Source: Candidatus Omnitrophota bacterium (GTDB taxonomy: Bacteria > Omnitrophota > Gorgyraeia > Gygaellales > Profunditerraquicolaceae). From it: a stretch of 64,000 nucleotides of DNA. The DNA lies in contig JAKLGJ010000001.1 in the NCBI GenBank assembly GCA_022710715.1, positions 42,041 through 106,040 on the forward strand. The letters run 5' to 3'. The notes under the pieces were generated by a model that had not been told where the DNA came from, ran no database searches, and worked only from the letters and a program-made list of their open reading frames with translations. Position numbers and translations under genes: made by a program. Shown here one piece after another: positions 17,929 through 24,886 of the stretch (within the stretch, counting starts at the first letter, position 1; each line of letters starts with the position of its first letter).

Positions 17929-19115
17929 TACAAAAACGCAATCTGCGCAGATTTTTGCTCAAAACTTTCCGGCAGCCGGGGTACGCCCTGGGTGTCGCGC
18001 GCAAACGCGCTCTGGCCTATCTGATGTATCTGGGGGGCAGCGGCAGGAGCCGTTTGCCGGAATCGCTCACTCTTTTTCTGACCCATCGTTGTAACCTGCA
18101 GTGTAAAATGTGCGGGCAGTGGGGGGAGGCAGGGGTGACCCGCAAAAACCCGGCCGGAGCGTCCGGTAAGGAATTAAGTCTGGAAACGTACCGGCGTCTC
18201 CTGGAAGAAATCGGTCCGTATAAACCGAATATCACTTTGTTCGGAGGAGAGCCGCTGTTGTATCCGCACGCGGTGGAATTGATCGAACAGATCAAGCGGA
18301 AAAAGATGCACTGTTTGATGATTACTAACGGCGCGTTACTTTCCGGCTGCGCGCAAAAGCTGGTGGAAAGCGGCCTGGATGAATTGAACGTTTCGCTTGA
18401 TGGCGACCGGTCTGTTCACGACGGTATCCGGGGCATGCCCGGGTTGTTTGAAAAGATCATGGCCGGTTTACAGGCAATAGCCGAACATAAGAGCCGTCTG
18501 GGGCTGGCGCGCCCCCTGGTGCATCTGCAATGCACGATCAACAGCGGCAATTTTATGTATCTGGACGTCGTGCCGGCGGTGGCCAGGCGGGCCCGGGCCG
18601 ACGCTTTGACGTTCCATCATCTGATACATCTTGACCGTTCGGAGCTGGAGGCGCAGGAACGGCTGTGCGCGCAACTGGGTTGTTCTGGCGCGGGATGGCA
18701 GGGGTTTGTCTTCGGCCACGGCATAGACGTGGGTGTGCTGAAGGAACAGCTCGGCCGCGCAAGCGCGCAGGCGGCAGGACCGGCGATAGACGTGTATCCG
18801 GCTTTCTCGCCGGAGGAGATCGACCGTTATTACAATATATCCGGTAATTATTCCGAGTATAACAGTTATAGTAGTTACAGTAACTATTGTAAATCAATCG
18901 GCGCGCGCTGCTTGAGCCCCTGGATAGCGGGATATCTGTTCCCCGGGGGGGATCTGCGGCCGTGCTTGAACCTGGATTACAGCTTCGGGAATATAGGAGA
19001 GCAGCCCCTGCGGGCGGTCTGGAACAGTCCGTCGGCGCGGCGCTTCCGGAGATTCCTGAAAGTGCAGCGGTTGTTTCCCGCCTGCGCGCGGTGCACCGAA
19101 CTTTACCGGTATTAA
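17925..19115 (+). CDS. Radical SAM enzyme with C-terminal SPASM/twitch Cys cluster
   Basis: CNLQCKMCGQW (CxxxCxxC) ... LFGGEPLL ... C-terminal CKSIGARC...PC...PACARC. Start chosen at the ATGA overlap (MIQKRN), not the ORF-track start 17628. Contains the low-complexity stretch YNISGNYSEYNSYSSYSNY. Confidence 0.7.
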   Translation: MIQKRNLRRFLLKTFRQPGYALGVARKRALAYLMYLGGSGRSRLPESLTLFLTHRCNLQCKMCGQWGEAGVTRKNPAGASGKELSLETYRRLLEEIGPYKPNITLFGGEPLLYPHAVELIEQIKRKKMHCLMITNGALLSGCAQKLVESGLDELNVSLDGDRSVHDGIRGMPGLFEKIMAGLQAIAEHKSRLGLARPLVHLQCTINSGNFMYLDVVPAVARRARADALTFHHLIHLDRSELEAQERLCAQLGCSGAGWQGFVFGHGIDVGVLKEQLGRASAQAAGPAIDVYPAFSPEEIDRYYNISGNYSEYNSYSSYSNYCKSIGARCLSPWIAGYLFPGGDLRPCLNLDYSFGNIGEQPLRAVWNSPSARRFRRFLKVQRLFPACARCTELYRY

Positions 19116-19234
19116 GAAGCAGCGCCCGGAACCGGCGCCGTGTTGTGGTAACAATTATATGTATTGTATGTTTTATAGTTATTGTAGTTACTATAATTAT
19201 TAAATGTCTTGAGTGCAATCGGGAGGCGGGTCGG

Positions 19235-20371
19235 GTGCGTATCTCGCATATCATTACACGCATGGATTGGGGCGGCAGTCCGGATATCGTCAGGCTCCTG
19301 TTTCAGGGGCTCGAAGCGCAGGGGGCGCAGTGTACCCTGATCACCGGGCCTACGGAATATCCCGGCGTCAGGACCCGGGAATTTCTCGAGCGGATACGCG
19401 CCAGGCTGCTGGTAGTTGAGGAATTGCAGCGCCAGCCCCAGGGGTATAAGGATATCGTTGCCTGCCGGAAGCTGACCAGACTGTTGCGGCAGGGCGAGTT
19501 CGATATCGTGCATACCCATACCGCCAAGGCCGGCGCTCTGGGCAGGATCTCTGCCCGGCTGGCGGGAGTCAAACACGTGGTGCATTCGCCGCACGGCCAT
19601 AATTTCTACGGTTATTTTAACTTCGTATTCAGCCGCTGTATCGCTGTTACCGAGCGGGCCCTGGCGCCTTTGGCCGAGGTCCTGGTGGTGCAGACGCAGT
19701 TGGAAAAAGAGGATTATATCCGTTACGCGGGAGTAGACCCCGGCCGTATCCGGGTCATTCCGCAAGGGATCGAGCCGGTTTCCGGCAGTCCGGATATTCC
19801 GGCTATCAGGCGCAGTTTAGGCATCCCCGCCGGCAATCAGGTCGTGGGAACGGTCAGTCGTCTCGAGCCGGTTAAAGGAATCCAATTTTTGATCCTGGCT
19901 GCCGCCCGCCTGGTCAAGACGCGGCCGCAGGTTTCATTCGTGGTGGCGGGCGACGGAAGTCAGGCGGAGCTGCTGCGCGATATGGTCAGCCGCGACAATC
20001 TGGGCGCGTATTTCATTTTCACCGGCTGGCGGGAGGATGCGCGGCAATTGATGCCCGCGTTTGACCTGCTGGTCCAACCTTCTCTGAATGAGTCGGTGGG
20101 GATGGTTTTGCTTGAGGCCCAGGCCGCCGGCGTGCCGGTTATCGCCACCCGCGTCGGAGGGATACCGGAAACGATCGATGAGGGGCATACCGGGTTACTG
20201 GTCGCGCCTGCGGACGCGCACGGTCTGGCTCTTTCCATGCAGGAGCTGCTTTCCGATCCCGACCGGCGCGCGGCAATGGCCGCGCAGGCCCGATCCCGGG
20301 TGGCGCAGCGTTTTCTTGTTTCGCGGATGATCGAATCGCACGCGCATTTGTATCGGGATTTACTGCGTTGA
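19235..20371 (+). CDS. Glycosyltransferase family 4
   Basis: GTG start 8 nt after GGGAGG. N-terminus (V/M)RISHIITRMDWGGSPDIV is the canonical GT4 start. ...ESVGMVLLEAQAAGVPVIATRVGGIPETI. Confidence 0.8.
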   Translation: MRISHIITRMDWGGSPDIVRLLFQGLEAQGAQCTLITGPTEYPGVRTREFLERIRARLLVVEELQRQPQGYKDIVACRKLTRLLRQGEFDIVHTHTAKAGALGRISARLAGVKHVVHSPHGHNFYGYFNFVFSRCIAVTERALAPLAEVLVVQTQLEKEDYIRYAGVDPGRIRVIPQGIEPVSGSPDIPAIRRSLGIPAGNQVVGTVSRLEPVKGIQFLILAAARLVKTRPQVSFVVAGDGSQAELLRDMVSRDNLGAYFIFTGWREDARQLMPAFDLLVQPSLNESVGMVLLEAQAAGVPVIATRVGGIPETIDEGHTGLLVAPADAHGLALSMQELLSDPDRRAAMAAQARSRVAQRFLVSRMIESHAHLYRDLLR

Positions 20372-20437
20372 TCATCGCGCGCGCCGCTCAAAAGAAAATT
20401 AGTCGTTGCGATTTTTTTAAAAAGGGGTATAGTATAC

Positions 20438-21133
20438 ATGATTGTTTCCGTGCATCAGCCGCAATACATTCCCTGGCTGGGCTACATTGACAAGATTGCC
20501 CGCAGCGACCATTTCGTTTTTCTGGACTGCGTGCAATACAAAGAGCGCGAATTCCAGAACCGCAATCGTATCCGGACTGACCGGGGATGGATGTGGTTAA
20601 CCGTACCGGTAATCTCTACCGGTAAGGGCAGGCAGCTTTTCAGCGAAGTGCTCATTGATAACAGTTTCAGATGGAAACAGAAGCACTGGGACACCTGGCA
20701 GACTTTTTACGGCAAAGCTCCATTTTTTGAAGTTCATCGGCAATTTTTCGAAGATACCTACAGTCAAAAATGGGAGAAACTCATGGATTTGAATATTCAT
20801 GTTATTCGCCACATACTTAACTGTCTATCTATAAGCACCGCAATAAGTTTTGAGTCTGAACTGAAGACGTCCAGCACTAAAACCGAACGTATTATTGAAA
20901 TCTGCAAGAAACTCAAAGCCAGCACTTATTTATCCGGGAGCGGGGGCAAGGATTACCTGGATGAGTCGCGTTTTGAAGATGAGGCTATTGATCTGGAATA
21001 CCAGCATTTTACTCATCCGGTTTATCAGCAGCAGTTCATGAAAGATGAAGAGGATTTCCTGCCTTATTTATCTGTTCTGGACCTCTTATTGAACGAGGGG
21101 CCGGATAGCAGACAGGTGATGGGGTATAAATGA
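20438..21133 (+). CDS. WbqC-family protein (LPS/O-antigen cluster associated)
   Basis: MIVSVHQPQYIPWLGYIDKIARSDHFVFLDCVQYKEREFQNRNRI matches the WbqC family N-terminus. Visibly lower GC than the upstream genes. Confidence 0.65.
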   Translation: MIVSVHQPQYIPWLGYIDKIARSDHFVFLDCVQYKEREFQNRNRIRTDRGWMWLTVPVISTGKGRQLFSEVLIDNSFRWKQKHWDTWQTFYGKAPFFEVHRQFFEDTYSQKWEKLMDLNIHVIRHILNCLSISTAISFESELKTSSTKTERIIEICKKLKASTYLSGSGGKDYLDESRFEDEAIDLEYQHFTHPVYQQQFMKDEEDFLPYLSVLDLLLNEGPDSRQVMGYK

Positions 21134-21134
21134 G

Positions 21135-21758
21135 ATGAATATCCTGGCTATCGGGGCCCACCCTGATGATATAGAATTCGGTTGCGGGGGAGCTTTGATC
21201 AAATACGTCCAGGCCGGACACGCGGTCTGGCTTTTTATTTTGACCGACGGCAGTTACGGCGGCAAGCCCGAGATCCGCAAGCGCGAGCAGGAAAAAGCCG
21301 CGCGTTTTATCGGCGCCCGGCGGGTATTCTGGGGGCAGTACGTAGATACGGAGCTGGCGGAAGTCGGGGACAGGGAGTTGATCAAGAAAATGGATGAGGT
21401 TATCCATCAGGTCAAACCGGATATGGTCTTTCTGAATTTCCCCGAAGATGTGCATCAGGATCACCGCGCCGCCGCCCAGGCAGGCGTATCGGCTACCCGT
21501 TATATCAAGGAAGTGCTTTTTTACGAGGTGCCCACCACGCAGCATTTTGAACCCGACGTCTTTGTGGATATCAAAACCGTGCTTAAAAAGAAACAGCAGC
21601 TTTTGCAACTTCATACTTCACAGGTAGATAAGACCCGGGTGCAGAATCTGACTATCCTGGAAAGCGTGCAGTCCTGCGCGAATTTCCGCGGTTTCCAGGG
21701 CAGGGTTAAATACGCCGAAGGGTTCAAGGCTTTACGGTTATTGCGAGAGATCGCTTAA
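21135..21758 (+). CDS. PIG-L/LmbE-family N-acetylglucosaminyl deacetylase
   Basis: ILAIGAHPDDIEFGCGGALIKY...HQDHR: the AHPDD and HxDH zinc motifs of the PIG-L family. Confidence 0.8.
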   Translation: MNILAIGAHPDDIEFGCGGALIKYVQAGHAVWLFILTDGSYGGKPEIRKREQEKAARFIGARRVFWGQYVDTELAEVGDRELIKKMDEVIHQVKPDMVFLNFPEDVHQDHRAAAQAGVSATRYIKEVLFYEVPTTQHFEPDVFVDIKTVLKKKQQLLQLHTSQVDKTRVQNLTILESVQSCANFRGFQGRVKYAEGFKALRLLREIA

Positions 21759-21762
21759 GTCT

Positions 21763-22788
21763 ATGCCTATTATCGCCACTTTTCTGCTCACCTTTTTCGT
21801 CACCTTCCTACTTGTTTTTTTTCTAAGAAAAGTCGCCTGGAAATACAATATTGTGGATAATCCCGGAGGAAGAAAAGTTCACCTGCAAGCCACGCCGTTG
21901 CTGGGAGGCGTGGGCATTTATCTGGGGCTGGTTATCGGGTTGATGGTCAGTTCCACGGATATGGGGCCGTTCCTGCCGGTTATGGCTGGAGCTACGCTGA
22001 TTCTGGCTGTCGGGCTGGTAGAGGATATCCGGGGATTAAGCGCGCAGATACGGCTTATCTTCCAGTTGCTGGCGGCGACCATCATTGTCGGATCCGGGAT
22101 CAAGGTCAGCTTCCTGCCTAATGTTGTCTGGGGGGATATCGCCGAAATCCTGGTTACGGTGATCTGGTTGGTAGGGGTGACCAGCGCTTTCAATTACCTT
22201 GACGGTTTGGACGGGCTGGCTTCCGGTTCTGCGGTGATCAATCTTGCCGCTTTCAGCGTCATACTCTACAGCACCGGTCAGTACGCTCTGGGCAAGCTGT
22301 GCATCATCCTGATTGCCGCCTGCCTGGGGTTCCTGCCGCATAATTTCCGCATTCACCAAAAGATGTTCCTCGGCGAAGCAGGCAGCACTTTGCTGGGATT
22401 TATGCTGGCCAGTATAGCGCTGGTGGGTAACTGGGCCGAGGATAACACGGTCAAGCTCTTTATTCCTATACTTATTATCGCCGTTCCCATCTTTGACATG
22501 ATCTTTACCACGATTATGCGGGTGAGGGAAGGTAAGGTCAAGACGGTGGTGCAATGGCTGCGTTATGGCGGTCGGGACCATTTTCACCATTATCTGGTCT
22601 CTTTAGGGCTTCCCAACGTAGGAGCGGTGATTTTTATCTATTTTGTATCGATTTCTCTGGGAATTGCAGCTTATATGGTGAGCAATGATAAAGCGATCGA
22701 AGGCTTGCTTGCGCTAACCCAGACTGCCATAACTTTTTGCGTTATCGCCATCCTTATTCTTGCCCAGCGCAGGAATTTTCAGCCATAA
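21763..22788 (+). CDS. Polyprenyl-phosphate sugar-1-phosphate transferase (WecA/TagO/MraY family, GT4 membrane)
   Basis: About 10 TM helices; IVDNPGGRKVH...LDGLDGLASG (DGxDGLA motif) of the MraY/WecA superfamily. Confidence 0.8.
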   Translation: MPIIATFLLTFFVTFLLVFFLRKVAWKYNIVDNPGGRKVHLQATPLLGGVGIYLGLVIGLMVSSTDMGPFLPVMAGATLILAVGLVEDIRGLSAQIRLIFQLLAATIIVGSGIKVSFLPNVVWGDIAEILVTVIWLVGVTSAFNYLDGLDGLASGSAVINLAAFSVILYSTGQYALGKLCIILIAACLGFLPHNFRIHQKMFLGEAGSTLLGFMLASIALVGNWAEDNTVKLFIPILIIAVPIFDMIFTTIMRVREGKVKTVVQWLRYGGRDHFHHYLVSLGLPNVGAVIFIYFVSISLGIAAYMVSNDKAIEGLLALTQTAITFCVIAILILAQRRNFQP

Positions 22789-22825
22789 TCCGCGTTTAAA
22801 TTTTTAAACATTTTATTAAAAACTC

Positions 22826-22854
22826 TTGACAATTTAAGAAATTTATATAATAAT
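22826..22854 (+). promoter_or_regulatory. Sigma70-like promoter (TTGACA-N17-AATAAT)
   Basis: TTGACA at 22826-22831; AATAAT at 22849-22854 in an AT-rich island, with TATAAT alternatives at 22846. No CDS immediately downstream. Confidence 0.4.
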
Positions 22855-22951
22855 AAGCGCAACAAATAGATAGGAAGTTGAGGCTCCAAATAACCTTTGG
22901 GAAGTAAGTTTGCAACTCTTTCGTGGATGCCCTTGAAAAGGGGATATTTCT

Positions 22952-23086
22952 ATGGTATACTTGCTTCTGACAAATAGGTATTTGGGAAACCGAAATGGCA
23001 AACTCAGGGTGACCTGGGGACGCAAAGTCATGCATCCGCCCGATTGTAGAAGCGGACCGGCAGACTGCCGTAGTTCCTCACGTTAA
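22952..23086 (+). CDS. Hypothetical 44-aa small protein (MVYLLLTNRYLGNRNGKLRVTWGRKVMHPPDCRSGPADCRSSSR)
   Basis: Strong SD AAAAGGGGA 6-7 nt upstream of ATG 22952; stop at 23084-23086, immediately followed by the terminator hairpin. Lies between the promoter at 22826 and the terminator at 23088. Confidence 0.3.
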   Translation: MVYLLLTNRYLGNRNGKLRVTWGRKVMHPPDCRSGPADCRSSSR

Positions 23087-23087
23087 T

Positions 23088-23118
23088 CTCGGGTGTTGTT
23101 TGCCTGAGATTTTTTTTT
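23088..23118 (+). terminator. Rho-independent terminator
   Basis: CUCGGGU-guuguuu-GCCUGAG stem-loop (7 bp with G-U pairs) followed by AUUUUUUUUU. Confidence 0.55.
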
Positions 23119-23128
23119 GACTGGCGCA

Positions 23129-23173
23129 AAAGTGCCAGGCACATAAGGGTTAAGAACATGAAAGTGCCAGGCA
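23129..23173 (+). repeat. Two direct copies of AAAGTGCCAGGCA (13 bp) spaced 32 bp start-to-start
   Basis: Exact copies at 23129-23141 and 23161-23173, between the terminator and the ATG at 23205. Confidence 0.45.
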
Positions 23174-23204
23174 GAAGCCAAAAAAACACCTAGAAAACGA
23201 GAAA

Positions 23205-24401
23205 ATGCCGAGATTACCCAGAATACATATTGAAGGCGCGCTGTACTTCATTACCAGCAGGGGCGAGATCAACGAATCTATCTTCAAGGACGAAGGAGAT
23301 TATAAGATGTTTCTGGAGCTGATGAAAAGATACCAGGAGCAGTTTGGAGTGAAGATCTTCGCCTTTTGCCTGATGCCGGATCATTTTCATATTCTGGTGG
23401 AAATCGAAAAGTCGATCAAAGAGGATCAATCCTCCGCTCAAAAAACCCAGGAAATGTCGGATTTTATGCAATCATTGAATAACAATTATACCAAATATTA
23501 CAATGGCCGCTATAACCTCAAAGGCCATCTCTTCCGCGAACGCTACAAATCCGCGATTATTCAGAAAGAGAATAATCTTTTGAAAATGACCGCTTATCTG
23601 CATTTAAATCCGGAAAAGCTTGCCTTGGCGGAAGACGCCAAAGATTATCCTTACAGCAGCTATCAGCTTTACCTATATAATGACCCGGTCAAACAGGCGG
23701 ATCTGCAGTTCCTGCGGGATGCGGTGAATGAGGCTTTGAGTTTTCTGGGTAATCAGAGTTACGGCGAGTTTGTGCGCGGCCTGGACCCGGAAGAAGGGGC
23801 TTCCATTCACAAGCGGCTTAATCGCGGCGGGATCCTGGGATCGGAAGAATTCGTAGCCATGGTCAAATCCGAAGTGGAAGCATACCAGGCCGGCGGACTG
23901 GGCCAGAAACTGGAAATCAATGCCAAGAATTATTATAAATTGTTCTTTGTCCTGGGCAGCGTGGTTTTTGTGCTGGTGGCTACCCTGGGCGGGTTATATT
24001 TCGTTTCCCTGCGCAAGAAAGTGCAGACGCTCTCCAAAACCGAAGCGGCCGCGAAGGCTACCAATCATCAGCTCGATGCTTTGAATTCATCGGAATGGCA
24101 GGTAAAGATCATCGGCGGCCCCCAGAAACCCGAGGATGCGGATATCCTGACTTTTATCAACGGTAAATTTGTTTCCGCCAGGATGAATTCCCTGGGGTAT
24201 CCGGGGTCGAATTATTCCATCGCGGTGCAGGAAGACAATAAGGTGGTCTGGGAAACCATGCAAAGTTCCGCCAGCGGTATTGTTTCCTGGCACGGTGAAC
24301 TGGAACAGGACAAAATGACCGGAGTGATCAGCCTGCGGGAAAACGGGAAAGACCCGCAGGATTTTTCATTTGTGAGCATTGCCCACAGGAGGAAGAAATG
24401 A
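23205..24401 (+). CDS. RAYT/IS200-like HUH-Y1 (TnpA_REP-like) domain fused to a TM helix and an about 150-aa C-terminal extracytoplasmic domain
   Basis: N-terminal 150 aa carry GALYFITSR ... MPDHFHILVE (HUH) ... AYLHLNPEKL (catalytic-Tyr helix), alignable to E. coli RayT (LPEHMHCIW / DYIYINPVKHG). Then a TM segment LFFVLGSVVFVLVATLGGLYFVSL and a C-terminal domain of unknown function. Confidence 0.7.
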   Translation: MPRLPRIHIEGALYFITSRGEINESIFKDEGDYKMFLELMKRYQEQFGVKIFAFCLMPDHFHILVEIEKSIKEDQSSAQKTQEMSDFMQSLNNNYTKYYNGRYNLKGHLFRERYKSAIIQKENNLLKMTAYLHLNPEKLALAEDAKDYPYSSYQLYLYNDPVKQADLQFLRDAVNEALSFLGNQSYGEFVRGLDPEEGASIHKRLNRGGILGSEEFVAMVKSEVEAYQAGGLGQKLEINAKNYYKLFFVLGSVVFVLVATLGGLYFVSLRKKVQTLSKTEAAAKATNHQLDALNSSEWQVKIIGGPQKPEDADILTFINGKFVSARMNSLGYPGSNYSIAVQEDNKVVWETMQSSASGIVSWHGELEQDKMTGVISLRENGKDPQDFSFVSIAHRRKK

Positions 24402-24886
24402 GCGCAAGAACCGCTATTACCGCCGCGATTGCATGTATGACTTTATCATTCATCTGCAGCCAGCCTGTCCCGGCGCAGGAAGCGCCGCAGGCCGAGCAGC
24501 CGCAGGTGCAGGTTGCGATAAAACAGGTTTCCGGCGTTATCAGCGGTTTATCTTCCGGTTTCATCGCTATCGAGCTGGGCGGGGGCAGCGCTAAGGGCGC
24601 CCGTGAGTCGGCATTCAATCTGGACAAGAATGTCCGGATCGTGCATAAGAAAAGCCTGAAAGAACTTTCTGTCGGCGATACCGTTTCTCTGGATTACGAA
24701 GAAACGGTAACCAAGCAAGCGGACGGAAAGAAGATGCGAAAAACCCGCGTAATCGCGATTACATTCCTTAAAGCTGCGCCGCAAGGTTTGATTGCGCAGG
24801 AAGAGACCCAACCTCTTCAGAAAAGCGAGCCGAAAGCCGGCGAGCTTTCTCTGAAGGGAATTAAAGGGGAGGCCGGCAATGAATAA
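24398..24886 (+). CDS. Small secreted protein (signal peptide), unknown function
   Basis: ATGA overlap with the upstream gene. N-terminal MSARTAITAAIACMTLSFICSQPVPAQEA resembles a Sec signal peptide. Ends 8 nt inside the giant ORF start. Confidence 0.5.
   Translation: MSARTAITAAIACMTLSFICSQPVPAQEAPQAEQPQVQVAIKQVSGVISGLSSGFIAIELGGGSAKGARESAFNLDKNVRIVHKKSLKELSVGDTVSLDYEETVTKQADGKKMRKTRVIAITFLKAAPQGLIAQEETQPLQKSEPKAGELSLKGIKGEAGNE

Noticed and set aside
20372-20437. GTATAgTATAC palindrome between the SD and the ATG of wbqC.
   Set aside because: Too short and isolated to call a regulatory site. Mentioned only as a curiosity.
22796-23035. 79-aa minus-strand ORF (and 62-aa 22843-23031) in the AT-rich spacer.
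   Set aside because: It is read through AT-rich DNA giving a Lys/Ile/Phe/Asn-rich low-complexity product with no SD. The + strand promoter / SD-ORF / terminator arrangement explains the region better.
22860-23118. Checked the AT-rich transcribed spacer for tRNA, tmRNA, SRP RNA, RNase P RNA and common riboswitch cores.
   Set aside because: None of the conserved boxes (T-loop GTTCGAATC-like, the RNase P AGGAAAGTCCGGGCTCC-like core, the tmRNA tag frame, SRP GGAAGCAGCC-like, the B12 box) were recognised. Left as an unclassified small ORF / possible ncRNA.
23205-24401. Considered annotating this gene as an IS200/IS605 or REP-associated mobile element.
   Set aside because: No tnpB, no terminal palindromes or REP arrays were seen. 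The HUH domain is fused in-frame to a TM plus C-terminal domain and translationally coupled to downstream genes. It is better treated as an exapted HUH protein, not a mobile element.
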